A stretch of DNA of 64,000 bases, from NCBI GenBank assembly GCA_964349485.1, contig CAYGGE010000005.1, positions 3,483-67,482 of the forward strand, read 5' to 3'. This document shows, one piece after another, positions 44,327 to 53,677 of the stretch. Each line of letters begins with the position of its first letter. Within the stretch, counting starts at the first letter, position 1. The notes below the pieces were generated by a model. The model was not told the origin of the DNA, did not search any database, and saw only the letters and a list, made by a program, of their open reading frames with translations. Origin of the DNA: an uncultured Candidatus Saccharibacteria bacterium. GTDB taxonomy: Bacteria; Patescibacteriota; UBA1384; CAYGGE01. A program made the translations under genes and the position numbers.

Positions 44327-45502
44327 TTAACGATAATATATCATTGTGGAGTTTTCAGGGAATGTGGCTGGACATGCTCCGGTACTTTTGTAACTTAATT
44401 GCATCTTGGTGTCCGAGAGTACCTTGAAATATGCATACCCATTTGTACTTACCTCATGGCCGTATTGCGTCAGGTTGTAGCAATGCGAATCTGTGACTAG
44501 AGCCGGGTCTTTGTAGGTCTGATTCTTCTCACCGATAATATAGCGTTTTCGGTTGATCTCATACAGGATTAGCTCGTTCGCTGAGGTCTTGTAGATCGAG
44601 AACGGTGAAGCGTACTGCCCGTCATAGGCCTCTTGTACGCCATCTTGTGTCAGGTGCCACATGCCTGCAATACTACCTTTCACGTCTCGTGAATTACTAC
44701 CACAGTTTTTTGATTCGCCTGCTTTGTAGTGTCCCATGAGGGCGAGAAATTCTTGCCTAATGTTTTCCTCATAGTAGTCAAATGGACAGGCAGCATTGAC
44801 GAAACTATACCTATCTTTAAGCTTGTCATATCTCTCCTGGTTGACAAAAGTATTTGTCTTACTCTCGTCCCGTAGATAAATATTCCAGTTATGAGCTTCG
44901 TTAGTACCCGAAGTCTTGGCGACCAGATCCCCAGCTCTAAAGGCGAGTCGCCTGGTTGGCGACACATAGGCCGAGTTAACTGTTGGAGGGGTGACTGATT
45001 TGATTATCTCAGTAGCTTCAGAAATATGATCGAAGCTTAATTTTACACTCTCAGATATGCGGAACCCTAGGTGCCACTGTGGAGCGTTGGTGCCGTCGGC
45101 AAAGTACGAATAATCCTCAAGCGTCATGTCAACTGGAGCATATACTTCAATTGGTTCGGCATTTCTTTGGGCATCTGTCTTAATGTTGATCGTGATCCCA
45201 TTGATAGTCTGACTTTCAATGTAGCCACCGTTCAACTCACCAAGCGGTATAATGCTGTTCACTTTCGTTGGTTCAAATATTCGAGAAGTAAACCTAACTT
45301 TTTTTGACTCTCTTGATACTGCCTGACCCTGACTAGTGGGGCTAGTCTGAAAGCTTTTCCGATTACCTGGTAGATTCTGTCGACGTGTACTGATGAATAT
45401 CATAATAATAAGAATGAGTGCGGTTAGACTGAGTAACCAACGAAACCAATCCAAGGTCTGCGGATTTTTCCAAGCATGCAATTTGTTATATTCCGGTTCC
45501 AC
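44327..45502 (-). CDS. membrane-anchored protein with degenerate LytM/M23-like domain plus C-terminal Cys-containing domain (paralog 1)
   Basis: N-terminal TM. Motifs VYAPVD, LSFDHISE and FRAGDLVAKTSGTNEAHNWNIYL parallel the M23 HxxxD, xxHL and VxxGxxIGxxGxTGxxxxPHLHF blocks, with His to Tyr/Trp/Ile substitutions. Paralogous to 45506..46666 and 54874..55755. Confidence 0.6.
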   Translation of the reverse strand: MEPEYNKLHAWKNPQTLDWFRWLLSLTALILIIMIFISTRRQNLPGNRKSFQTSPTSQGQAVSRESKKVRFTSRIFEPTKVNSIIPLGELNGGYIESQTINGITINIKTDAQRNAEPIEVYAPVDMTLEDYSYFADGTNAPQWHLGFRISESVKLSFDHISEATEIIKSVTPPTVNSAYVSPTRRLAFRAGDLVAKTSGTNEAHNWNIYLRDESKTNTFVNQERYDKLKDRYSFVNAACPFDYYEENIRQEFLALMGHYKAGESKNCGSNSRDVKGSIAGMWHLTQDGVQEAYDGQYASPFSIYKTSANELILYEINRKRYIIGEKNQTYKDPALVTDSHCYNLTQYGHEVSTNGYAYFKVLSDTKMQLSYKSTGACPATFPENSTMIYYR

Positions 45503-45505
45503 GGT

Positions 45506-46666
45506 TCACCTCTCCCAAAATTCTATGTTACTCGACGGAAATGCTGTAGGACAGGTTCCAGTGCCTTTAACCACCAATAATCTAGTGTCTTCATCAAGCC
45601 TGAGGTACAGCCATTTATTTGCATCGGCGTAACAGATACTTGCTCCTTGTCTAATGCCCTCTGGCATGATTTTAGACTGATAATCTCTGATCGAGAAAAC
45701 ACCGAAACCGTTCTGTCTTAGGTTAATTTCAACCTTGCCATTTTGGTTGCCGATCTCTAACCAATTGCCATTTGTGTCCGAGGATTTGTCTTGAAACCAG
45801 CCGCCAGAGACAGTTCCGGCAACATCGTGTGAAGGATTGCCACAATCGACACTGGTGAGGGCCCGTCCATCATGCGCCCTCATAATGCTATAATATTTAG
45901 ATTTCAGCAAATCAGTATAGTAGTTATATGGACAATCTGCGGTTACGGTCTGTTCCCACCGCCAACGATTAGGGTTAATATGGGGAGCAGTTTTTGTTGA
46001 ATTGAGTAAGAACAAATCGAAAGAACCAGCTAGGTCGGTGCCGTTGCTGTAACCAACGAGCTCACCGGCCTTAACTGGAATCGAAACATATTTGAGATCG
46101 TTAGACCTATCCGACGGTGTAGTAGGAGCGTTGGGTTTAATCTTGTCACTGACCTCGTCCATGTGGTCGAAATTAAATGTAACTTCACAGCTAATCTGCA
46201 ACTCTAAGCGGTATTCCCCAGGTGCAGTCGGATTATTGGGATCGCGTTTGGCGAAAACAAGTGAAATGATTTTTGCATCAGTCGGCGCATAAAGTGGCGT
46301 CATAACACGATTCGAGGCATCACCTTTGACCATAACATATGCTCGCCCAGGCGATCCGGCAATGATCGCCCCTATCGGTGCGGTCTGTTTCAGATTGTCA
46401 AAGTCTGTAAATTCAGCAGTAAATACTGGCGTTGGATTACTCGTACAGTTCTTATTGTTTTTGGCAAGTTGGCTCTGATTACTGTGTGAAGCTTTGGTGC
46501 CACGGAACTGATTGACCGGTGGCCTTATTATGTATATTAATAACATGCCACTAAACAAAAATACTAACCACAACAATAGACTGACAGTAAACCGTTGTGG
46601 TAAGCGCCTTACCTGTTCGATCGATATCTTGTCCATCATCAGACTCGCTAAAGCTGGTACTCTCAT
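45506..46666 (-). CDS. membrane-anchored protein with degenerate LytM/M23-like domain plus C-terminal Cys-containing domain (paralog 2)
   Basis: LYAPTD, FNFDHMDE and VKAGELVGYSNGTDLAGSFDLFL. The C-terminal TGTCPTAFP matches paralog 1's TGACPATFP. Confidence 0.6.
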   Translation of the reverse strand: MRVPALASLMMDKISIEQVRRLPQRFTVSLLLWLVFLFSGMLLIYIIRPPVNQFRGTKASHSNQSQLAKNNKNCTSNPTPVFTAEFTDFDNLKQTAPIGAIIAGSPGRAYVMVKGDASNRVMTPLYAPTDAKIISLVFAKRDPNNPTAPGEYRLELQISCEVTFNFDHMDEVSDKIKPNAPTTPSDRSNDLKYVSIPVKAGELVGYSNGTDLAGSFDLFLLNSTKTAPHINPNRWRWEQTVTADCPYNYYTDLLKSKYYSIMRAHDGRALTSVDCGNPSHDVAGTVSGGWFQDKSSDTNGNWLEIGNQNGKVEINLRQNGFGVFSIRDYQSKIMPEGIRQGASICYADANKWLYLRLDEDTRLLVVKGTGTCPTAFPSSNIEFWER

Positions 46667-46823
46667 CTTAAGTCTACATCAAAACCACTGGTGTAGCCAG
46701 TCTAGTAGTTAGTCTAGCCACAGTCACCCAGACAGCGGGGTGCCACTTGTATCGGAGTGTCAGAAATGAACCTATCCCAAAAACTTGTTGGCATTTTCGT
46801 ATGTTCACGTTTATGATAGCCTC

Positions 46824-48638
46824 ATGCAGTATGCTGATGTAGCTTTGTCTGTTCGTACTAAAACTAGGCAAGATGTCTTTACGTATGCCATCCCGCCCGC
46901 TCTACTCGTCGATCTTTCGATCGGTCAGCGTGTTATTGTGCCGTTTGCCGGTCGGACGTTGACCGGTGTGGTGACGCAATTTCGTCTTAAGCCACCGAAA
47001 ACCGCGCGTGGAATAAAAGAGATTAAGCGCCTTGCGGAGCCATTTGCTTTGATCGACGAACAGACTATTGAGTTGGCTAGGGCTGTGGCGACTCGATATG
47101 CGGCAACGTTAGGCGACGTCTTAGCCTCGGCTCTCCCGAAACCAGCACCTCGAACGAGTAAAAAAATGATAATCCAATTCCCTGAAGCAAAAAAAACCAT
47201 TGCTCATGGTGGCATCTACGGGCTTTATGCTCCTCGCAGGCAACGGCTACAACAATATCTTTGGCTCATTACCAAGCTTATGGCCCAGGGCGAACAGGCA
47301 TTGGTGCTGTTTGTTAGTCATGAGAAGGCCATGACTTTTCAAGAGATATTAGCTACCCAAAGTATCGACTCATTATTATTGCCGCAGGCATCGGCGACAA
47401 GTGAAGCCTATAGCGCTTGGGTAAATGCCAGAGCTGGTCAGCACATTGTAGTAGTTGGGACCCGTAAAAGTATCTTCCTGCCGCTAGTTAAGGGTGGGGC
47501 GATCATTATAGATGAACCGAGCGAATTTGGGTATAAAGAAGAACAGTTTCCCTATTATCATGCAGTGACCGTTGCTAAGGCGCGAGCGGCGACTGAAGGT
47601 CTAACGGTTTTTCTTGGCGATGTAGCACCTCGTCTCGTTGAATGGCAGGAGATGCAGCAAAAAAAACTGACGGTGGTTCACCTGCCCAAGCTTCTTGCCC
47701 CTACGGTAACGCTTATTGATACTTCGAACTGTCGTGGCATTTTCAGTGAGGCGGTAATCGATCATATGCGGCGAACAATGCAAAACAATGGTAGGGTATG
47801 TCTGTTTTTTAATCGAAAAGGGAAAGGTCGTTTCTATCGATGTCTCGAATGTGAGGTGGCAATCTACTGTCCGCACTGTGATACCTTACTTCACGTTGAG
47901 TCAATTAGCAACGAGACGCGTTTAGTCTGTGCCCAGTGTGGCTACGAAATCAGCCCACCCTATCGATGCGAATCGTGTCAGAGCTATCGACTAGGTTCTG
48001 CTGGACTCGGAGTTGAGTCGTTTGCCAAGATTGTCAGCGAGCATTTTCCCGAGGCGAAAATTGCGACACTTTCGAAAGATGGTGATAATTTTGTCGAAGA
48101 AGCTGACATTGTCGTTGCGACTGCACAACTGTTTAGTCGATCACTGACCAAGCCGTACGATCTCCTAGTTGTATTTCGACTTGATCAGATACTTCATGGC
48201 TCTAGTTTCGATACAAATGAACAAGCCTATCTCTTGCTGAACCGCTTAGCTGAACGAGCTAAGCAGCTTCTGCTCCCAACAAGTGAACCCGATCACCAAG
48301 TCGTTCGAGCGTTTTGTGATGCCAATATGGCGGTATTTTACGCGAACGAACTGGCGATCAGAAAAAATGCCGGCTACCCGCCAGCTATTTCGTTTATCCG
48401 CCTCATGATTGCTGATACTGATAAAAACAAGGCTAATGCCGAAGCTACTAAGTTGTATGAACAATTACAGCTCACAATAATGCCCGATCATCTGATTCCG
48501 CCATCGCCAATTGGTAGTGGGAAACGTCGCGATAAATATCGGTACCAAGTGATAGTAAAAATCAAACTAACTGATGAGCTATTGAAAATGATCCCGTCTA
48601 ATTGGCAAGTCGATCCCGAGCCGGAAAATCTCAGTTAA
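46824..48638 (+). CDS. priA: primosomal protein N' (PriA) homolog with degenerate helicase motifs
   Basis: PriA N-terminus MQYADVALSV...FTYAIP and the Cys4-Cys4 zinc-binding region (CLECEVAIYCPHC...CAQCGYEISPPYRCESCQS). AQGEQALVLF aligns to PriA AQGKQALV. Walker A position reads YAPRRQRL, Walker B reads DEPSE, and motif III reads GDVAP. Confidence 0.75.
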   Translation: MQYADVALSVRTKTRQDVFTYAIPPALLVDLSIGQRVIVPFAGRTLTGVVTQFRLKPPKTARGIKEIKRLAEPFALIDEQTIELARAVATRYAATLGDVLASALPKPAPRTSKKMIIQFPEAKKTIAHGGIYGLYAPRRQRLQQYLWLITKLMAQGEQALVLFVSHEKAMTFQEILATQSIDSLLLPQASATSEAYSAWVNARAGQHIVVVGTRKSIFLPLVKGGAIIIDEPSEFGYKEEQFPYYHAVTVAKARAATEGLTVFLGDVAPRLVEWQEMQQKKLTVVHLPKLLAPTVTLIDTSNCRGIFSEAVIDHMRRTMQNNGRVCLFFNRKGKGRFYRCLECEVAIYCPHCDTLLHVESISNETRLVCAQCGYEISPPYRCESCQSYRLGSAGLGVESFAKIVSEHFPEAKIATLSKDGDNFVEEADIVVATAQLFSRSLTKPYDLLVVFRLDQILHGSSFDTNEQAYLLLNRLAERAKQLLLPTSEPDHQVVRAFCDANMAVFYANELAIRKNAGYPPAISFIRLMIADTDKNKANAEATKLYEQLQLTIMPDHLIPPSPIGSGKRRDKYRYQVIVKIKLTDELLKMIPSNWQVDPEPENLS

Positions 48639-48694
48639 TAAAAGAGACGATAATCGCACTAAAATGCTATACTTATCTCAAAGAGGGAGAGGCT

Positions 48695-49849
48695 GTGAAG
48701 ATTGGGATATTTACTGAGACATATGAACCAACCATCAATGGGGTTGTTGTTTCAATCAATACGTTTAAGAAAGAACTTGAGCGACAGGGTCACGAGTACT
48801 ACATTTTCTGTCCTTTCAACAAACATGCCAAAAGCGATCCGCCAAATGTATTTCGGTTTCCAGCAATTCATTTCCGCAACGATTTACTCTATCCTTTGGC
48901 TATTCCCATGCCGTTTGCATGGGTTAAGCAACAACTACCAATCGACATCATCAAGACTCTAGACATCATCCATGTTCAACATTTCGCCTTAATGGGTCAA
49001 TATGGCCTTAGACTGGCCAAAGCATACAATATTCCAAGTCTATATACATATCACACCATGGCAGAGCTTTATGTCGTCAATGCTCCCTGGATCGCACCTC
49101 TGGCCGAGCCAGCAATAAGGGCTTTGACTCGCTATACGGCACGACAGGCCAAGCACGTAATTACTCCCACTCAGTCAGTTAAGGACTATTTGCACACGAT
49201 TGGTATTCATAGGCCGATATCGGTGGTTCCGACAGGTATCGATGTAAATCAATACGGTCGGACGAATGGCCGGAGTCTACGCAACAAATATCGCATTCCG
49301 CATGACCATAAATTACTTCTTTACGTAGGTCGATTAGCGGCGGAAAAAAACGTACCATTTTTGTTGCAGGCGTTTAAGCAGGCTTTGCGCTTTGAACCTA
49401 AAACACATCTTATCTTAGTTGGCGGTGGGCCTGACAAGAGTCAGTTTGAGACGTGGGTAAAACAGAATAGACTTAAGAATGTCATTTTCACTGGCTTTGT
49501 AGCACATTCTGAGGTAAAAGAGCATTTTGGTTTGGCCGATATCTTTGTTTTTCCCTCGGTGAGTGATACTCAAGGTATTGTCATCCTTGAAGCCATGGCG
49601 GCCGGAGCAGTTCCAGTGGCGATCGATAGACTTGGTCCCCACGATCTCATCGACAATGGTCACAGTGGAGTCCTAATTGACTTGAATCTTGATGCTTTTT
49701 CTGGTACAATTATCGATCTATTACGTAATGATCGTAAAAGATTAGCTATGGCGAGAAATGCAGAGCGCCACGCCAATCGATATGACTATAAAGTAACAGC
49801 TAGACAGATGGAAGAAGTCTATCGTGAGTTAATTAAAAACGATGATTGA
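48695..49849 (+). CDS. glycosyltransferase family 4 (MGDG-synthase-like / GT-B)
   Basis: KIGIFTETYEPTINGV N-terminus and C-terminal E-x7-E region (ILEAMAAGAVPVA). GTG start at 48695 follows a GGGAGAGG RBS. Confidence 0.75.
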   Translation: MKIGIFTETYEPTINGVVVSINTFKKELERQGHEYYIFCPFNKHAKSDPPNVFRFPAIHFRNDLLYPLAIPMPFAWVKQQLPIDIIKTLDIIHVQHFALMGQYGLRLAKAYNIPSLYTYHTMAELYVVNAPWIAPLAEPAIRALTRYTARQAKHVITPTQSVKDYLHTIGIHRPISVVPTGIDVNQYGRTNGRSLRNKYRIPHDHKLLLYVGRLAAEKNVPFLLQAFKQALRFEPKTHLILVGGGPDKSQFETWVKQNRLKNVIFTGFVAHSEVKEHFGLADIFVFPSVSDTQGIVILEAMAAGAVPVAIDRLGPHDLIDNGHSGVLIDLNLDAFSGTIIDLLRNDRKRLAMARNAERHANRYDYKVTARQMEEVYRELIKNDD

Positions 49850-51218
49850 TAAGTCAACCAATACCAAGGTAGCCCTTGTTCCGGCACCCTCACTGCGTCA
49901 AAAAGCGAAGAAGGTGACCGTTTTTGATAATGCACTTAAGACAACGGCTGATACGATGCTTGAAACCATGCGATCGTATAAAGGTATGGGCTTGGCTGCA
50001 CCCCAGATTGATCAGTCAAAACAGCTGCTGGTGATTGAATATGTTCCCGAGGAGAAAGGTGAACAACCAATTCCGACGACTATCCTAGTTAATCCCAGTA
50101 TCACTGATTCCAGTAAGTCAACGGACTGGATGGACGAGGGCTGTTTGTCGATTCCTGGTGTTGAGTTACCTGTTAAGCGCTCAACTGCGATTAATGTCTT
50201 AGCACAAGATATATCTGGTAAGAGAATCAAGATTCGGGCCAAACAATTGTTTGCCCGCATTCTCCAACATGAGATAGATCATCTGAACGGGACATTGATC
50301 ACCGATCGAGCCTATCCAAACCTCGAACAGTTAGCTGGTAGCAGAATTATCTTCTTTGGTACACCGAATCATGCTACCTACTATCTGACTGCTCTCGCTG
50401 CAACCAAGGCAGAGATCGTTGCAGTAGTCACTGAAACCGACAAACCTGCCGGAAGAAATCAACAACTCACACCGCCTCCGGTGAAGGTTCATGCTGAACT
50501 AATGGGTCTACCCGTACTCCAATTCGAATCCCTGAAAACGAAAGAAGCCCAGCAAGCGATCGATAATCTGAAGGCTGATCTAGCTGTCGTTGTTGCTTAT
50601 GGTCAAATCATTCCCCAAACAGTTTTGGACATGCCCAAGCATGGCTTCTTGAATATTCATTATTCTTTACTCCCATCATACCGTGGCGCTACACCTCATC
50701 AATCGGCAATTCTAGCCGGAGAGAAAATCGCAGGTTACAGTATCTTCAAGCTAGATAGTGGCCTAGATACAGGTCCAATCCTCTCTCAAGGGAGCCTACC
50801 TATCGAGCCCGGCGATACCAGTCACACGTTGTTACAAAAACTTGTTCCGCCTTCCATTTGTACTCTTTTGGAAATGTTACCCGAGTATTTTTCAGGTAAG
50901 AAACAGTTAAAAGTGCAGGATGATAGTCAAGCAACCAATACCAAAGTTTTTACCAAAGAGGATGGCCGAATTGACTGGACGGATGAACCTACCGTTATAG
51001 ATCGTCAGATTCGGGCTTACTTCCCGTGGCCAGGAACATTTACAGAGATCAACGGTCAGCGTTTGTTGATTCATGCGGCTCATATCATTGATGACCGATT
51101 AGTAATCGATGTCGTTCAACCAGCCGGTAAACAGTCAATGAGCTTAGGTAGTTACCTACGTGGCAACCCTGCCGGGTTGACTTTCTTCTCGAGTATTGAT
51201 AGAGTAAAGCTTAACTAA
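49842..51218 (+). CDS. def-fmt: peptide deformylase - methionyl-tRNA formyltransferase fusion protein
   Basis: Def motifs GMGLAAPQ, EGCLS and QHEIDHLNG at residues 1-170, then Fmt RIIFFGTPNH...HYSLLPSYRG from residue ~185, in one continuous frame. Overlaps the upstream GT4 stop. Confidence 0.8.
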   Translation: MIDKSTNTKVALVPAPSLRQKAKKVTVFDNALKTTADTMLETMRSYKGMGLAAPQIDQSKQLLVIEYVPEEKGEQPIPTTILVNPSITDSSKSTDWMDEGCLSIPGVELPVKRSTAINVLAQDISGKRIKIRAKQLFARILQHEIDHLNGTLITDRAYPNLEQLAGSRIIFFGTPNHATYYLTALAATKAEIVAVVTETDKPAGRNQQLTPPPVKVHAELMGLPVLQFESLKTKEAQQAIDNLKADLAVVVAYGQIIPQTVLDMPKHGFLNIHYSLLPSYRGATPHQSAILAGEKIAGYSIFKLDSGLDTGPILSQGSLPIEPGDTSHTLLQKLVPPSICTLLEMLPEYFSGKKQLKVQDDSQATNTKVFTKEDGRIDWTDEPTVIDRQIRAYFPWPGTFTEINGQRLLIHAAHIIDDRLVIDVVQPAGKQSMSLGSYLRGNPAGLTFFSSIDRVKLN

Positions 51219-51239
51219 AACTAACAACTGGGAGTATGA

Positions 51240-51707
51240 ATGTTAATGATTCGCTTAACCCGCATGGGTAAAAAGCATCAGCCGACTTATCGGGTGGTGG
51301 TTACGCCAAAACAGAACGCCTCACAAGGTGATTATTTGGAAAAAATTGGACTCTACAATCCACTACGAGAAGTAGTGGAGATCGATATGAAAAAAGCTGT
51401 CGAATGGCTGGATAAAGGTGCTATGCCTTCTGACCGAGTTGCCCGACTATTGACCAAGGCTGGCGTCAAACATAAATCAATTGTAGTTAAACACTACACT
51501 CCAAAGCCAGAAGCAGAGGAAAAAGTTGAGGTCAAGTCGGCAGCAGAGACTCCTGTAGAGGATACTATTGAATCAACAGAAGATGTAACTGAAGAAGTTG
51601 TTGATACTGTCGAGGTTGACGAAGTTCCTGTTGCAGAAGAGTCGATCGAGCAGTCAGCTTCATTAACCGCTGAAGTCGAGACTTCTGCCGAAGAGCCAAC
51701 CGCCTAA
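51240..51707 (+). CDS. rpsP: 30S ribosomal protein S16 with acidic C-terminal extension
   Basis: MLMIRLTRMGKKHQPTYRVVV N-terminus. Confidence 0.9.
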   Translation: MLMIRLTRMGKKHQPTYRVVVTPKQNASQGDYLEKIGLYNPLREVVEIDMKKAVEWLDKGAMPSDRVARLLTKAGVKHKSIVVKHYTPKPEAEEKVEVKSAAETPVEDTIESTEDVTEEVVDTVEVDEVPVAEESIEQSASLTAEVETSAEEPTA

Positions 51708-51807
51708 AAAGCGAAAAAGCGAAAAAAATGTGCTATGCTAATGCCAAGGAAGTGTGCATGCAGCACGTCGAACTGCTACGCCTAAACACCTGATAATGGA
51801 GGCAACG

Positions 51808-52185
51808 ATGGAAAAGGATCAAGAGTTCGTGGAATATATCGTCAAGTCGATCGTTAACGTACCTGACGAAGTCAAGACAGAGAGGACTGTCGATGAGATG
51901 GGGGTTCTAATCACCCTCGCAGTAAACCCAGAAGATATGGGTAAGATCATCGGTAAAGAGGGGCGAACAGCCAAAGCACTTCGCACACTCTTAAGAGTTA
52001 TGGGCGCTCGTAGCAATGCTCGAATCAACCTGAAAATAATGGAACCAGAAGGTGGTAGACTAGAGCACGCCAGTCATGACGATCATGATGATCACGACGG
52101 TCATGATCATGTTCATAACGATGCTCCGGCCTCAGCTGCAGACCAGCCAGCCGAAGAGACCGAAAACGCAACTGAAATACTATAG
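51808..52185 (+). CDS. KH-domain RNA-binding protein (YlqC/UPF0109-like) with His/Asp-rich tail
   Basis: GKIIGKEGRTAKALRTL KH GXXG loop. Position between rpsP and trmD matches the ylqC operon context. The ATG at 51808 follows a GGAGG RBS. Confidence 0.75.
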   Translation: MEKDQEFVEYIVKSIVNVPDEVKTERTVDEMGVLITLAVNPEDMGKIIGKEGRTAKALRTLLRVMGARSNARINLKIMEPEGGRLEHASHDDHDDHDGHDHVHNDAPASAADQPAEETENATEIL

Positions 52186-52263
52186 AACTGAAAGTAAAAC
52201 AAAAAAGGTCGCCACAACCTATACTAGGAATGGTGGCCTTTTGTGTTTATACTAGAGAACAAT

Positions 52264-52953
52264 ATGCGTATTGATATCATTACCCTATTTCCTGAAATGT
52301 TTACCGGCCCTCTTTCCGAGAGCATTCTTAAGCGCGCCCAAGACGCAGGGAGAGTCAGTATTCACCTACATCAGCATCGAGACTATGCGATCGACAAACA
52401 TGGCACAGTTGATGATACGCCGTACGGGGGCGGGGCGGGCATGGTACTGAAAGTCGATGTCTTGGATGCAGCTATCCAGGCGGTGAAGGTCAAGGGCCAA
52501 GAAGAGGGGAATATTGATCCGTATGTCTTACTCATGACCCCCCAAGGGCGTGTCTTTAAACAGATCGTTGCCAAGGAGTTCTCCACCAAACCCTGGCTTA
52601 TCTTTGTTTGTGGTCACTATGAGGGTTTCGATGAGCGAGTTCGAAGCCTCGTCGATGATGAAATCTCAATCGGTGATTATATCTTAACCGGCGGTGAGCT
52701 ACCAGCAGCTGTTATTACTGATGCAATTGTTCGCCTATTACCAGGAGTGCTTGGCAAAGAGGCATCACACCAAGATGAGTCACACGAACATAACTTACTG
52801 GAATATCCGCATTACACCCGGCCTGAGCAATATCAAGGTCAGACCGTCCCAGATATTCTCAAAAGTGGCAACCATGCTGCGATCAATGCATGGCGGCAGA
52901 CTCAGTCAGTACAACGAACTAAAGAGCGTCGACCTGAACTCACTAACTTGTAG
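52264..52953 (+). CDS. trmD: tRNA (guanine37-N1)-methyltransferase
   Basis: MRIDIITLFPEMF N-terminus and SPOUT knot motifs. Confidence 0.9.
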   Translation: MRIDIITLFPEMFTGPLSESILKRAQDAGRVSIHLHQHRDYAIDKHGTVDDTPYGGGAGMVLKVDVLDAAIQAVKVKGQEEGNIDPYVLLMTPQGRVFKQIVAKEFSTKPWLIFVCGHYEGFDERVRSLVDDEISIGDYILTGGELPAAVITDAIVRLLPGVLGKEASHQDESHEHNLLEYPHYTRPEQYQGQTVPDILKSGNHAAINAWRQTQSVQRTKERRPELTNL

Positions 52954-53023
52954 TGACAGTTAAGATAAATCATGGTATATCCTAGTTGTTGCATTGGCAA
53001 CAATATGTTTTTGAGGAATTACA

Positions 53024-53659
53024 ATGGCTCGGCAAATACCAGAGATGGCGGACATCGATGGTAACGGCCTTGTGCCTGTTGCCTCAATTTGTTCAGACTA
53101 TAGGCCTACAGTAAGACGCATAGCACAGATACTTCACAGACGTTACTACATCCCAGGACACGATTTCGCTGACATATTAGGTTTGGTGAATCTCGCACTT
53201 CTTCAAGCAATACGCGATTTCGATCCGAGCAAAGGGACATTTGAGCGATTCATCTATCTTATCGCTCAGAGACTCGTTATCACTGGTATTCGGACGGAGA
53301 GCAGGAAGTCAAGAGTTTTGAATACAGCATACTCCCTTGATGCCCTACTTGGCGTTGACGGAGATAGTACTCTACTAGATCTGATACAAGCAACAGATTC
53401 AGTCGAGGATTCATCACTTTCTGAACATGAGCCGTCAGATAACGTATTGACGTTCATTTCACGGTATTGCACTCCGATCGAACAGCTCGTGGCAAGAGGA
53501 ATAGCTAATCAAAAAAGCTATGACGAAATGGTCGAGCAGGCTAAGACAGAAGGCATATGTCTAAATAGCGGTCGACAAATCAACCGAAAGTCGATTGACA
53601 ACGCCTTCAGTCGCCTAAAGCAAAAAGTCAGGAAAGAGTTTCCTACTGCGTCCCAGTGA
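53024..53659 (+). CDS. sigma-70-family RNA polymerase sigma factor (ECF/SigH-like, regions 2 and 4 only)
   Basis: Region 2: DFDPSKGTFERFIYLIAQRL. Region 4 HTH: KSYDEMVEQAKTEGICLNSGRQINRKSIDNAFSRLKQ. Confidence 0.5.
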   Translation: MARQIPEMADIDGNGLVPVASICSDYRPTVRRIAQILHRRYYIPGHDFADILGLVNLALLQAIRDFDPSKGTFERFIYLIAQRLVITGIRTESRKSRVLNTAYSLDALLGVDGDSTLLDLIQATDSVEDSSLSEHEPSDNVLTFISRYCTPIEQLVARGIANQKSYDEMVEQAKTEGICLNSGRQINRKSIDNAFSRLKQKVRKEFPTASQ

Positions 53660-53677
53660 GCTTCACTGGGACGACTT

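Noticed and set aside
44318-46823. Genomic island integrated at the tmRNA 3' end
   Set aside because: No integrase or recombinase, no duplicated tmRNA 3' segment (att repeat) and no phage genes were found. The content is two paralogous host-type envelope proteins.
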